From positions 1-41,485 of the forward strand of contig JAUCBJ010004025.1 in the NCBI GenBank assembly GCA_032718475.1: 41,485 bases of DNA, read 5' to 3'. Made by a program: the position numbers and the translations under genes. Below are positions 1 through 13,499 of the stretch, one piece after another. This DNA is from Nemertoderma westbladi (taxonomy: Eukaryota > Animalia > Xenacoelomorpha). Within the stretch, counting starts at the first letter, position 1. Each line of letters starts with the position of its first letter. The notes under the pieces are model-generated. The model saw nothing but the letters and a program-made list of their open reading frames with translations, had not been told where the DNA came from and did not search any database.

Positions 1-3000
1 GGTGTCTCTCTAACCGTCTCGGTGTCTCTCTAACCGTATCGGTGTCTCTCTAACCGTCTCGGTGTCTCTCTAACCGTCTCGGTGTCTTTCTAACCGTCTC
101 GGTGTCTCTCGAACCGTCTCGGTGTCTCTCTAACCGTCTCGGTGTCTCTCGAACCGTCTCGGTGTCTCTCTAACCGTTTCGGTGTCTATCTAACCATCTC
201 GGTGTCTCTCTAACCGTCTCGGTGTCTCTCTAACCATCTCTGTGTCTATCTGACCATCTCGGTGTCTATCTAACCATCTCGGTGTCTCTCTAACCATATC
301 GGTGCCTCTCTAACCGTATCGGTGTCTCTCTAACCATCTCGGTGTCTATCTAACCATCTCGGTGTCTTTCTAACCATCTCTGTGTCTCTCTAACTATATC
401 GGTGTCTCTCTAACCGTCTCGGTGTCTCTCCAACCGTCTCGGTGTCTCTCTAACCGTATCGGTGTCTCTCTAACCGTCTCGGTGTCTCTCTAACCGTCTC
501 GGTGTCTCTCTAACCATCTCGGTGTCTATCTAACCATCTCGGTGTCGTTCTAACCATCTCTGTGTCTCTCTAACCATATCGGTGTCTCTCTAACCGTATC
601 GGTGACTCTCTAACCGTCTCGTCGGTGTCTTTCTAACCGTCTCGGTGTCTCTCGAACCGTCTCGGTGTCTCTCTAACCGTCTCGGTGTCTCTCTAACCGT
701 CTCGGTGTCTCTCTAACCGTCTCGGTGTCTCTCTAACCATCTCGGTGTCTATCTAACCATCTCGGTGTCTTTCTAACCATCTCGGTGTATCTCTAACCAT
801 CTCGGTGTCTCTCTAACCGTCTCGGTCTCTCTCTAACCGTCTCGGTGTCTCTCTAACCGTCTCGGTGTCTCTCTAACCGTCTCGGTGTCTCTCTAACCGT
901 CTCGGTGACTCTCTAACCGTCTCGTCGGTGTCTTTCTAACCGTATCGGTGTCTCTCTAACCATCTCGGTGTCTCTCTAACCGTCTCGGTGTCTCTCTAAC
1001 CGTATCGGTGTCTTTCTAACCGTCTCGGTGTCTCTCGAACCGTCTCGGTGTCTCTCTAACCATCTCTGTGTCTCTCTAACCATCTCGGTGTCTCTCTAAC
1101 CGTCTCGGTGTCTCTCTAACCATCTCGGTGTCTCTCTAACCGTTTCGGTGTCTCTCTAACCGTCTCGGTCTCTCTCTAACCGTCTCGGTGTCTCTCTAAC
1201 CGTCTCGGTGTCTCTCTAACCGTCTCGGTGTCTCTCTAACCGCCTCGGTGTCTCTCTAACCATATCGGTGTCTCTCTAACCGTCTCGGTGTCTCTCTAAC
1301 CGTCTCGGTGTCTCTGTAACCGTCTCGGTGTCTCTCTAACCATCTCGGTGTCTCTCTAACCGTCTCGGTGTCTCTCTAACCATATCGGTGCCTCTCTAAC
1401 CGTATCGGTGTCTCTCTAACCGTCTCGGTGTCTCTCTAACCGTCTCGGTGACTCTCTAACCGTCTCGCCGGTGTCTTTCTAACCGTCTCGGTGTCTCTCG
1501 AACCGTCTCGGTGTCTCTCTAACCGTCTCGGTGTCTCTCTAACCGTCTCGGTGTCTCTCTAACCATCTCGGTGTCTCTCGAACCGTCTCTGTGTCTCTCT
1601 AACCATCTCGGTGTCTCTCTAACCGTCTCGGTATCTCTCTAACCATCTCGGTGTCTCTCTAACCATCTCTGTGTCTCTCTAACCGTCTCGGTGTCTCTCT
1701 AACCGTCTCTGTGTCTCTCTAAACATCTCTGTGTCTCTCTAACCATCTCGGTGTCTCTCTAACCGTATCGGTGTCTCTCTAACCATCTCGGTGTCTCTTT
1801 AACCGTCTCCGTGTCTCTCTAACCATCTCGGTGTCTCTCTAACCATCTCCGTGTCTCTCTAACCGTCTCGATGTCTCTCTAACCGTCTCTGTGTCTCTCT
1901 AACCATCTCTGTGTCTCTCTAACCATCTCGGTGTCTCTCTAACCGTATCGGTGTCTCTCTAACCATCTCGGTGTCTCTCTAACCGTCTCCGTGTCTCTCT
2001 AACCATCTCGGTGTCTCTCTAACCGGCTCTGTGTCTCTCTAACCGTCTCTGTGTCTCTCTAACCATCTCTGTGTCTCTCTAACCATCTCGGTGTCTTTCT
2101 AACCGTCTCGGTGTCTCTCGAACCGTCTCGGTGTCTCTCTAACCATCTCTGTGTCTCTCTAACCGCCTCGGTGTCTCTCTAACCATATCGGTGCCTCTCT
2201 AACCGTATCGGTGTCTCTCTAACCGTTTCGATGTCTCTCTAACCGTCTCGGTGTCTCTCTAACCGTTTCGGTGTCTCTCTAACCGTCTCGGTGTCTCTCT
2301 AACCGTCTCGGTGTCTCTCTAACCATCTCGGTGTCTCTCTAACCGTTTCGGTGTCTCTCTAACCCTCTCGGTCTCTCTCTAACAGTCTCGGTGTCTCTCT
2401 AACCGTCTCGGTGTCTCTCTAACCGTCTCGGTGTCTCTCTAACCGCCTCGGTGTCTCTCTAACCATATCGGTGTCTCTCTAACCGTCTCAGTGTCTCTCT
2501 AACCGTCTCGGTGTCTCTCTAACCGTCTCGGTGTCTCTCTAACCATCTCGGTGTCTCTCTAACCGTCTCGGTGTCTCTCTAACCATATCGGTGCCTCTCT
2601 AACCGTATCGGTGTCTCTCTAACCGTCTCGGTGTCTCTCTAACCGTCTCGGTGTCTCTCTAACCATATATGTGTCTCTCTAACCGTCTCGGTGTCTCTCT
2701 ATCCATCTCGGTGTCTCTCTAACCGTCTCGGTGTCTCTCTAACCGTCTCGGTGTCTCTCTAACCATATATGTGTCTCTCTAACCGTCTCGGTGTCTCTCT
2801 ATCCATCTCGGTGTCTCTCTAACCGTCTCGGTGTCTCTCTAACCGTCTCGGTGTCTCTCTAACCGTCTCGGTGTCTTTCTAACCATCTCGGTGTATCTCT
2901 AACCATCTCGGTGTCTCTCTAACCGTCTCTGTGTCTCTCTAACCGTCTTGGTGTCTCTCTAACCGTCTCGGTGTATCTCTAACCATCTCGGTGTATCTCT

Positions 3001-5418
3001 AACCGTCTCGGTCTCTCTCTAACCATCTCGGTGTCTCTCTAACCGTCTCGGTGTCTCTCTAACCGTCCCGGTGTCTCTCTAACCGTCTCGGTGTCTCTCT
3101 AACCGTCTCGGTGTCTCTCTAACCATCTCGGTGTCTCTCTAACCGCCTCGGTGTCTCTCTAACCGCCTCTGTGTCTTTCTAACCGTTTCGGTGTCTCTCT
3201 AACCGTCTCGGTGTCTCTCTAACCATATCGGTGCCTCTCTAACCGTATCGGTGTCTCTCTAACCGTCTCGGTGTCTCTCTAACCGTCTCGGTGACTCTCT
3301 AACCGTCTCGTCGGTGTTTTTCTAACCGTCTCGGTGTCTCTCGAACCGTCTCGGTGTCTCTCTAACCGTTTCGGTGTCTCTCTAACCGTCTCGGTGTCTC
3401 TCTAACCGTCTCGGTGTCTCTCTAACCATCTCGGTGTCTATCTAACCATCTCGGTGTCTTTCTAACCATCTCTGTGTCTCTCTAACCATATCGGTGTCTC
3501 TCTAACCGTCTCGGTGTCTCTCTAACCGTCTCGGTGTCTCTCTAACCGTATCGGTGTCTCTCTAACCGTCTCGGTGTCTCTCTAACCGTCTCGGTGTCTC
3601 TCTAACCATCTCGGTTTCTATCTAACCATCTCGGTGTCTTTCTAACCATCTCTGTGTCTCTCTAACCATATCGGTGTCTCTCTAACCGTATCGGTGTCTC
3701 TCTAACCGTCTCGGTGACTCTCTAACCGTCTCGTCGGTGTCTTTCTAACCGTCTCGGTGTCTCTCGAACCGTCTCGGTGTCTCTATAACCGTCTCGGTGT
3801 CTCTCTAACCGTCTCGGTGTCTCTCTAACCGTCTCGGTGTCTCTCTAACCATCTCGGTGTCTATCTAACCATCTCGGTGTCTTTCTAACCATCTCGGTGT
3901 ATCTCTAACCATCTCGGTGTCTCTCTAACCATATCGGTGTCTCTCTAACCGTCTCGGTGTCTCTCTAACCGTCTCGGTGTCTCTCTAACCGTCTCGGTGA
4001 CTCTCTAACCGTCTCGTCGGTGTCTTTCTAACCGTATCGGTGTCTCTCTAACCATCTCGGTGTCTCTCTAACCGTCTCGGTGTCTCTCTAACCATCTCGG
4101 TGCCTCTCTAACCGTATCGGTGTCTTTCTAACCGTCTCGGTGTCTCTCGAACCGTCTCGGTGTCTCTCTAACCATCTCTGTGTCTCTCTAACCATCTCGG
4201 TGTCTCTCTAACCGTCTCGGTGTCTCTCTAACCATCTCGGTGTCTCTCTAACCGTTTCGGTGTCTCTCTAACCGTCTCGGTCTCTCTCTAACCGTCTCGG
4301 TGTCTCTCTAACCGTCTCGGTGTCTCTCTAACCGTCTCGGTGTCTCTCTAACCGCCTCGGTGTCTCTCTAACCATATCGGTGTCTCTCTAACCGTCTCGG
4401 TGTTTCTCTAACCGTCTCGGTGTCTCTCTAACCGTCTCGGTGTCTCTCTAACCATCTCGGTGTCTCTCTAACCGTCTCGGTGTCTCTCTAACCATATCGG
4501 TGCCTCTCTAACCGTATCGGTGTCTCTCTAACCGTCTCGGTGTCTCTCTAACCGTCTCGGTGACTCTCTAACCGTCTCGCCGGTGTCTTCCTAACCGTCT
4601 CGGTGTCTCTCGAACCGTCTCGGTGTCTCTCTAACCGTCTCGGTGTCTCTCTAACCGTATCGGTGTCTCTCTAACCACCTCGGTGTCTCTCTAACCGCCT
4701 CGGTGTCTCTCTAACCATGTCGGTGTCTCTCTAACCGTCTCGGTGTCTCTCTAACCGTCTCGGTGTCTCTCTAACCGTCTCGGTGTCTCTCTAACCATCT
4801 CGGTGTATCTCGAACCGTCTCTGTGTCTCTCTAACCATCTCGGTGTCTCTCTAACCGTCTCGGTGTCTCTCTAACCATCTCGGTATCTCTCTAACCATCT
4901 CAGTGTCTCTCTAACCGTCTCGGTGTCTCTCTAACCGTCTCTGTGTCTCTGTAACCATCTCTGTGTCTCTCTAACCATCTCGGTGTCTCTCTAACCGTAT
5001 CGGTGTCTCTCTAACCATCTCGGTGTCTCTCTAACCGTCTCCGTGTCTCTCTAACCATCTCGGTGTCTCTCTAACCATCTCCGTGTCTCTCTAACCGTCT
5101 CGATGTCTCTCTAACCGTCTCTGTGTCTCTCTAACCATCTCTGTGTCTCTCTAACCATCTCGGTGTCTCTCTAACCGTATCGGTGTCTCTCTAACCGTCT
5201 CGGCGTCTCTCTAACCGTCTCGGTGTCTCTCTAACCGTCTCGGTGTCTCTCTAACCGTTTCGGTGTCTCTCTAACCATCTCTGTGTCTATCTGACCATCT
5301 CGGTGTCTCTCTAACCGTATCGGTGTCTCTCTATCCATCTCGGTGTCTCTCTAACCGTCTCGGTGTCTCTCTAACCGTTTCGGTGTCTCTCTAACCTTCT
5401 CTGTGTCTCTCTAACCAT
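1..5418. repeat. 20-bp satellite (GGTGTCTCTCTAACCGTCTC)n, ~270 copies, runs off the window start
   Basis: Visible 20-bp periodicity with point variants and occasional 3-bp insertions (GTC/GCC). Confidence 0.98.
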
Positions 5419-5439
5419 AATTTAAAAATGCTAACACAT

Positions 5440-5700
5440 GGAGGAAGCACAGGACCAGCACAATAACAACCTTAGGCAGCCTCATGAATAATATAAGCAT
5501 GGTGGGCAGCCAATGACTTTCTTAAGAAGTCTCTTAAGCAACCCTGGCCTTGAAGATGCGAATAATCTCGCGAAAGTCATGGGGGTACGGAATTGAGACG
5601 GCGCTCTTTTGAAGTTTTTTTTTCGATTGAGACGACAATTTTGTCGACAAGCCGGCACAGCATTCTTAAAAGCCATTTGTAGATTGCATGGTGGTGGCAC
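5440..5700 (+). mobile_element. Degraded 3' end of RTE-like LINE
   Basis: Similar to 35110-35345 and to the reverse complement of 7900-8050 (AAGCATGGTGGGCA, GCGAAAGTCATGGGG, TTTTGTCGACAAGCCGGCACAGCATTCTTAAAA). Confidence 0.75.
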
Positions 5701-5801
5701 AAACTGGTGGTGGCACAAACTGGTGGTGGCATAAACTGGTGGTGGCACAAACTGGTGGTGGCACAAACTCGTGGTGGCACAAACTGGTGGTGGCACAAAC
5801 T
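5690..5801. repeat. 16-bp minisatellite (GGTGGTGGCACAAACT) x7
   Basis: Visible tandem repeat; the unit matches the LINE 3' sequence GATTGCATGGTGGTGACAAA at ~35326-35344. Confidence 0.92.
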
Positions 5802-6140
5802 CTTTGAGCCATCATATCATCTCCGATAATAGAGATAGTTAACATATATATCTGCCATTTATAATAAATCAGAATAACTCTAGGTCTACTGCCTACTTCC
5901 CCCGTATTATTAATGACATTGTTTATTGTTTTGGTTATAAATAGTCTCCTCTGTAACCTACTGTATCCTCTCCTCCTTGAATTGGTAATGACATCGTATT
6001 TTATCTTGTTAGAAAAGCTGTAACCTGTTCCTTTCTCTAAATTGGTTATCATATAGTTTATTGTTTTGATTAGAAACCCCTGTAATGTTATAGAAGCCAT
6101 ATCTGTAACATTATATTATGTAACACCAAGGTTTACATCT

Positions 6141-6387
6141 CCCGTAGGTCGTGGGTTAGATTCTCACATGGGCCAGGGCAGTTTTCGTTTCGGCACGAAT
6201 GCTTTAAAGGGACCAGCCAGGGCGCATCTTTGCCTTGCATCCTTAAGTGGTAGCTAAATGAGTACTAGAGTTTCCTCTGGGGAGTAAAGTTCTGGGGGGA
6301 CCGCACTGGAAATAAGTCGTCAAACTTTGTGCGTAATCCCTGGCCTAGTGGCCGAAGAAAATTTACTTTTACTTTTACTTTACTTTA
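6141..6387 (+). mobile_element. tRNA-derived SINE, head partly truncated, with LINE-like 3' stem-loop and (TTTAC)n tail
   Basis: Degenerate B-box GGTTAGATTCTC; central GTAGCTAAATGAGTAC resembling the Deu/Nin SINE domain; 3' GGACCGCACTGGAAATAAG...TAATCC; TTTAC repeats. Confidence 0.7.
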
Positions 6388-7296
6388 TTCTTTCCTCAAC
6401 GGGTAACGTAATTGTTTATTGCTTTGGTTTTAAATGCCTCCAGCAAATAAACTTATAGAATATGAGATATAACACAGATTATATAAAACTGGCGGTATAT
6501 TATTATAACACAACAACACATTGTTATGTTTGTCCATTCATTAACACAACAACACATTGTTATGTTTGTTATGTTCATTAACTCAATAACACATTTATAA
6601 TACATTAGATAATATATCAGTTGAGTGACTCCAGTGCCAGTATTTAGTAGTACCGGTAGGCCTACAGGTACCAGGTTATGTAGGCGACACGAACTACAGA
6701 GCAGCAGAAAGGAAGGGCGTTTCCTAAAGTCCACTCTCTCCATTGGCTGTCCATTATTCTTCCTTTCATTTTTTTTTACCCGTTTATTATGGATGCGTTG
6801 GGCTCTCGCGTCGTTTAGTTACCAAAGTTAGAAAATGGGATTTATTTAAAAAAAATTATTTAATAGTACTTAAAATAGAAAAATTGACCCGGTTCGATTG
6901 GTAAATAAATAAAAAGTTAAACTTTTTACAGTTACCCGACTTTGTGAATGACTTATAAATTATTTTTGAAAAAAAATTTATTCTCAATTTTTAGCTCAAA
7001 TTTTAGTTTAGGATTTTTTCAAATATTTTAGGAATAAATGATTAGGAGTAACAGCGTTCTATTACCTGGGTGGGCAGATTGCCGTGAGTTTGCCGCGAGA
7101 TTGCCGTGGGTTTTGTTTTCTATTAAAGTTTCGTTTCTTCAATCTTATTAATAATCTAAATAGATAAATTTTTCTTAAAATGATTCTAATTTATATGATT
7201 CTAAATAAAGTTAAAAATCTCAGGTTGTCAAATTTGTTATATGTAAGAGAGTTTAAACTTTAAACAGATTGTTTAAAACCGATTGAATATTAGGCG

Positions 7297-7607
7297 ATGG
7301 GATTCGGCGATAAAGTTCGAGAACTCCAACTTAGATTGGAAGAAAAAACGGAAATGATCAAAGAACTAGAAGGAACTATCGATCGACAACAATGGGAACT
7401 GCAGAAAAAGGAAACCCTAATAGACAGTCTGACCAAGGAGATGGATAAACTCCGGGTTCTGTATCCATCGCTAGTTGGGGATCCGTTGCAATCAATAAAG
7501 GAGAAAGTTAAACGTCAGAGGCAGGCGATAAGTGCCGAGTCTTCAATAAACAGATCAGCTGAGGAATGCGGTAAAATAAATGTGAAAAGTCACATAAAAA
7601 ACCAAAG
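7297..7607 (+). CDS. PRKG1: cGMP-dependent protein kinase, coding exon 1 (leucine zipper and pseudosubstrate)
   Basis: MGFGDKVRELQLRLEEK...coiled coil...KRQRQAISAES matches the PKG I KRQAISAE motif; donor AG|GTAAGT at 7607/7608, phase 2, in frame with exon 2. Confidence 0.92.
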
Positions 7608-7879
7608 GTAAGTTTCCGATAACTGGGACGCAGAACATTGTTAATTTATCGAAAGGAACTTGATGTCTGTTTTAACGGTTCATGGTTTCTAGACAGTCTG
7701 TCTGCTCTCTTGTGTCTGTCGGTTATATTTCGACAGACAGACTTAGGCATACAGACCGACACGGTGCTGTCAAATTTAAAGAACGCATTGAAAATTAAAT
7801 CAAATGAACGACCATACGAACGAAAAATGGTTTTGTGGTGGTTTTTACTTTTCTTTTAATTTGACAGACAGACCGATAA

Positions 7880-10160
7880 ACTACTACTACTACTAGGATC
7901 GGCATGCTGCTTGCAGCTGCATTTTTAAGAATGCTGTGCCGGCTTGTCGACAAAATTGCGCCGCTACAACTCCCTATCACCCATGACATTTGCTAGATCA
8001 TCCGCATCTTCAAGGCCAGTGTCCTTTAAGATGCGACTCAAGAAAGTCATGGACTGTCCACCATGCTTATTCACTCCATGAGTCTGCCAAAGTACAAGAT
8101 TATGCACTGGCTGGTCCTCACGGCGAAAGCAATGTCCTGCAAAGCGGAGGCGATTTTGTTATAGTGTCAAGCTTGGGGGAACCAATGAGACACCTCCAAT
8201 GTTATATAGTGTCTGGTTGGAGATGTGTGCATTGTACTTGACACAATGAACCCGGCGTAGCATTCTTGTGAATGTGCCATCCAGAGATTTGGTGTCATCA
8301 GCAGTTAGAGCCCAGCGTGGACTCCCATAGAGGAGTACTGGAACTACTGCTGCTCTAAATAATCGGACCTTAAGTTTCCGATTAATTCTTGGTGACTTCC
8401 AAATCCTGAAAAGCCTATTCAAGGCTGCCCATGCCTTTCCCTTACGTATTCGAAGATCTCACCTGACTTCCGGATCCATGATCCCAGGTTCAGAAGTCGT
8501 ACACATGCTCAAGCATGCCATCCTTTGAGCTTATGCTCATCCGATCACAGACTTGCTGAAGACTTTCAAAGTTAACTGTCAAAATTGTGGTCTTTCTGGA
8601 GTTAATAAAAAGACCAACACTAGAAGCAGCATGTTCTAATGAGCCGAAGAGCCGTTGGGCTCCCTCTAGTGATTCTGAGAGTACTCCTAAGTCATCAGCA
8701 AAGTCTAGATCAGTTAGGTACTTGGCAGGATTTCCTCGACTTCTGGAGCCAGTAGGTGGAGTTATCATCACCCCATCATCATTATGATGATCTAAGGACA
8801 TGCGTAGAACATAGTCAACCACAATTATGAACAAGAATGGTGCAAGTGTGTCTCCCTGGAGGACGCTCCATAACACTTCAAATGGTTCTGTGTCACCATC
8901 AACAGTAGATACAAATGTTGTCGAACCATCGTATACTGATCTGATTGTTGCAATAATTTCATCAGGAATCCCATATAATGAAAGTATGCTGAACATACGT
9001 GAGCGAGAGACTGAATCAAAGGCCTTGAAGAAGTAAACAAAGATAACAGCCAGATGCCTGTCTTTCTTTTTTCACAACTCTTCAATTATCCTTCTCAGTG
9101 CCAAAATGGGCTCCATGGTCCCACGACCTTTACGGAACCCATTCTGATTTCCACGGAGCAGTCTCGCAATGGGATCCCTGATCGCGATTTAATAGAATTC
9201 TATTGTATAGCTTTGCAGCAATCGAGATCAATGAGATTCCCCGAAAAGAACCATAGAGTGTTAGGTTGCCCTTCTTGGGAACTGGCACCAACTTATTTGT
9301 TTTCGTTTCTTGTGGGACTCTTGTTGTTCGGTACATGTCTACTATGATGGGATAGATGAGCTTTAAACACTCAGGTATTTTAAAGACCTCAGGGGGAACA
9401 CCATCTACTCCACTGGCACGATTGGTCTTAATGCTCTTTTGCAGCAGCCTTCACTTCTGCAAAGGAGATATCGCCAATGGGAATATCTGGGAGTACAGAC
9501 TCAGACACTTTTACTTCTATAAAGTTATCAGGCAATGCCCTGTCATTATTGAGGAGCTTTTCAAAGTGGGCCTTCCAACCATGGAGGCGATCGGCTGGTG
9601 ATTCAGCCTTAACCTTGGTGGTTGGTTGGCTTTTCCGACCAGTAAGCAAGTTGATCGATTTCCATGCCTGGGATGATTGCCTGCTGTCGTCAGCATCATT
9701 GATGGCATCAACCTGTTGGTTTATTAGCTCCTGTAGATTAACAGAGTACTCCTGTTCAGGGACCTAGATGCAGCCTTAACTGCATTCTTGGCCGCTGTAG
9801 TCTGTTTGAGTCGGGACTCTTTCTGCGCCTTATAGAGGTCATTTCGGCACTTCTGAATTTTGTTGTCAGTCCAGGGGGCCCTTTTCCTGTTTCGAGAGTA
9901 TACAGGAACTGTTTCTGCAGCTGCTAACTTAACTGCTTCTGTGAAGGCAGTATAGCGCTCACAGTGATCTGCCGCCTCAGAGGCAAGAACCTCATAACTG
10001 TTGCTCAGCTGTAGTGTGAAGCTGGATCTCACAGCTGCTGTTGCTACAGAGAGGACCAGTCATGCCGCGGCAAGACAGATTTCGTTGTTCTGCTAGCACG
10101 CAGACTAAGTCTTACTTTGGCCACAATAAGGCGGTGATCACTGGAGAAGGGTTGAAGTGT
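7880..10160 (-). mobile_element. RTE-clade LINE, 5'-truncated and frameshifted (end of APE domain plus RT)
   Basis: SDH motif, PVPKKG, LQGDTLAPFLFIIVVDY, DLDFADD and PVLLYGS in broken minus-strand ORFs; (TAG)n tail at ~7880-7895. Confidence 0.92.
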
Positions 10161-10291
10161 AAATGCATTAATGTAAATGCAACTCAGCAACGACATATAA
10201 CATATATAACATATAACGTTATACACATATAACGACAACGACATACGACATATTGCGCTGCACTTATTTACCGTACATGTATTTTACGAAA

Positions 10292-10486
10292 TGCTTACTG
10301 AGACTGCTTACTGAGACTGCTTACTGAAACTGCTTACTGAGACTGCTTACTGAGACTGCTTACTGAGACTGCTTACTGAGACTGCTTACTGAGACTGCTT
10401 ACTGAGACTGCTTACTGAGACTGCTTACAGAGACTGCTTACTGAGACTGCTTACTGAGACTGCTTACTGAGACTGCTTGCTGAGAC
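10292..10486. repeat. 13-bp minisatellite (TGCTTACTGAGAC) x~15
   Basis: Visible tandem repeat. Confidence 0.95.
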
Positions 10487-10781
10487 CGCTGGTAGTATCA
10501 GGTGTGCCAAGGTGTGGCGGGATCCGTGTTGGCCTCTGGATCCCGACCGTTCGACTTTGTGAGGTGGTCGCTTTCGCGCTACGGCCTGGTTGCTACTTTG
10601 GTGATGGCCTAGCTGTGCTGTGGCCGTACTGTATGGCCGGTGGTAATAACTGGGGTTTGTTCTATTATGTAATATGTTATTTGTAATAATTTTAATGATA
10701 AGTTTTATTGCATGTCAATATTGAAATCAACGCTGGGTTCTTATGTTCATTTCACCCCCACCAAAGCTCTTTTCTTTAGAG

Positions 10782-10880
10782 CAGTGGCGTAACCACACCA
10801 TGGCGAGCCGGGGCGAGCGACCGCCCCAGGGCGCCAACCCCTGGGGACGCCCACTCAAGGGGTGCCGAAGGCGCCCCTGT
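10782..10880 (+). mobile_element. Possible left end of a hAT-like non-autonomous DNA transposon
   Basis: Starts CAGTGGCGTA followed by GC-rich GGCGCC/GGGCG subterminal motifs; matching right end not found. Confidence 0.35.
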
Positions 10881-11519
10881 GGGATGAAACACGAAACGAA
10901 ACGCATGAAACCACATCCACAAGTTAATTCGATTTACAACACAGTATTGTAAATGATATTAACTGGACAACTGGCGGAGAGAAATGAATAAGATTGGGTT
11001 GTGCAATACATTAGTAAACACTGAACAGTACTATTAAATCTAGCAAATTACTTTTATCTTGCGTATTTAGATACTACTGTCTGAGTGTAGGTTGGAGGGA
11101 AATTTTGAAATACGAATTGTTGGTACAGTAACCTTGGTTACAGTAACCTTCTGTTAGTTGTAGCGTTTTTGGCTATTTTAGGACTCGTAATTTGTTTACA
11201 TCCGACTGACCGTATTTCTTTGAATAAGAGCCCACCCCCTCGAATAAACCTTCCATCCTCATCCAAGCATCTTAATTAAACGCATTCCTCGAATAAACGC
11301 CACGGCGTTTATCAATATTTATTAAGATGTCAAAAAAATTGATAAATTTTGTATTACAGGACTGACTGGCCTATTTGCGGTAGCCCCCCTTCATTAATTT
11401 AGGGTATTTTTTTATACATTTGATTCCCCGTACTTAGTTCCAATTTAAGCCTCATGCGAATTTAGTTCCAATGGAAACGAATTTAGTTCCAATTTTGGCG
11501 AATTTAGTTCCAATTTCAA

Positions 11520-12075
11520 GAGGCCTTCGCGCAGAATCACAAATACTGAAACGAGCTGTCAAAACTCTTCAGAGGCCTTCTTGCAGCGTTATAAATGCTG
11601 AAAAAAGCTGCTAAAACTGTCCAATGCCCTTGAAAAGAAGCTTTGCGCAGTTTGATAAATACACAAAAGATCTCTCAAAGCTGCTCAGAGACATTTGTGC
11701 AGCATGATAAACGCTGAAAAGAGCTGTTGAAACTGTTCGGAGGCCTTCGAGCAGCTTAAGGAGGACTAAAAATAGCTTTTGAAACTTTCCAGGCCTTCGC
11801 GCAGCATGTGAAATACTGAAAAGAGCCGATCAAACTGTTCAGAGTCTTTTATGCAGCATGATAAATGCTGAAAAGAACAGTTGAAATTGTTCAGAGGGCT
11901 TCGTGCAACATGATAAATTCTGAAATGTGAGCTGTTGAAACTGTTCGGATTTGGACGCCTTTGTGCAGCTTGATAAATACTGAAATAGCTCTGAAATTGT
12001 CAAGGCCATTGCGCAGCTTGTGAAATGCTTTGAAACTGTAAAAGGTTTTGAAACTGTTCTGAAGCCTTTGCGATC
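11520..12075. repeat. Diverged ~58-bp tandem repeat, resuming at ~13025-13095 after a MITE insertion
   Basis: Recurring GCCTTCGYGCAGCATGATAAATRCTGAAAAGAGCTGTTGAAACTGTTCAGA-like units. Confidence 0.8.
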
Positions 12076-12096
12076 GTTGTAACTTTCCAACCATGC

Positions 12097-13010
12097 CAGG
12101 CCCGTAGGCCTATGGTGACCATAATATCTGGGGGGGGGGGGGGAGAGGCCAAATCTGGGGGGGCAAACCCATAACTGGGTTTGGGGGGCATACAGCAAAG
12201 TGAGAGTTAATTTAGTACATAAACTAAAATCAATATTGTTGAAGAGTGTGTGGGGCGAGCCGCGAAGTTGGCGGAGCCTTGACGAACTGGCACTGTTAAG
12301 GGAGTGGCTCAATAATAGCAAATAGTTGTTGTCGTTACGATTTTGACATGCCAATAACTTTGTGGGATTTAATTAAAACTGTCCAGTTGAAGATTTGTAG
12401 GCATAAATATGTCCAAAAGTTAAGGTTGAAATTACAAAAAAGAACGTTTTAGATATACCAGCGCAAGCAACCATCAGCGCCTAGCCTAATACTATTAGCT
12501 GCAAGCTTGCTCCCAAACTACAGACAATTGGTCAACAGCGAACAACCCCTGCCCTGGTAGCGAATGAGAGAACCTGGAGCTTCCGTGTATGTTTAGTAAT
12601 TATATGAGCAGTAATCAGATAGGCCATATATAGTAGGCCATGGGCCTAGAGTAAAGTGTACTGTAATTGTATAAATATCAGAATCAATCAAAATCTATAA
12701 AGAGATTGGTCTGCCATCAAGCTTTCCAGCCCTGAGTAGTGAGTAGCAACATACAGAACAAATACATAACGGTACACCATACAATGTAATTCGGCACAGA
12801 CTATATGGCAGTGCCATTATAAATGGACCAAATGGAATGGTAGGGAGTCAGGTCAGTGGGTAGAATACAGTATGTGAATTCAATAATATTGATTACCACC
12901 AATATTATTATTAACTAATTGTGAACAAGACGAGAGAACAAGACATGACTGGGGGGGGGGGGGCGGGGCAGTGCCCCCCCCCCCCCCCCCCCCCACACGG
13001 TACGGGCCTG
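12097..13010. mobile_element. Non-autonomous hAT-type DNA transposon (914 bp)
   Basis: TIRs CAGGCCCGTA...TACGGGCCTG; 8-bp TSD AACCATGC (12089-12096) / AACAATGC (13011-13018); G/C-rich subterminal tracts. Confidence 0.8.
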
Positions 13011-13499
13011 AACAATGCCAACATTAATTGTTGAAACAATTCAGAAGCCTTCGTGCAGCATGGCAAATGCTGAAAAAGGCTGTGGAGACAGTTTACAAGG
13101 TATACAAACAGATACTGAAACCAAATAATATAAATGACCAGACCACACTGAAGACATACAGTAGCTGTTAACATGCCAAGCCAATCGGCAATACTGATAA
13201 ACAACGACACTCAAGACACTGGGAGGTACGAGAGGAGAGATGGTTGGATGGAGAACTACTATTATTTATTTATTACTTCTTATTTATTACTGCTAGTCAA
13301 CACAAGTCGGCCCTGCCTGCCGGCTGGTCTTAAGGAACCAGAGATGCTAAATTTATTATTACCGGTACCAAATTATTAAAAGCTGTTACAGTTTAAGTGG
13401 GTAAAGATATATTATAAAAATATTACCCGTAATGCGTAATCCAGTAATCTGTCAGTAGGCCTATGTACAGTAGCTGTGTCATTTAGAAAAGTTACAAAA

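Noticed and set aside
5482-6100. ORFs with CHHQFVPPPVCATTSL repeats
   Set aside because: Translations of the 16-bp minisatellite and LINE remnant.
6700-7296. PKG core promoter (ATTGG at ~6742)
   Set aside because: Plausible location, but isolated short motifs cannot define a promoter or start site.
7297-7320. N-myristoylation signal (MG...) as in PKG II
   Set aside because: MGFGDK lacks the usual Ser/Thr at position 6, and the N-terminus looks PKG I-like.
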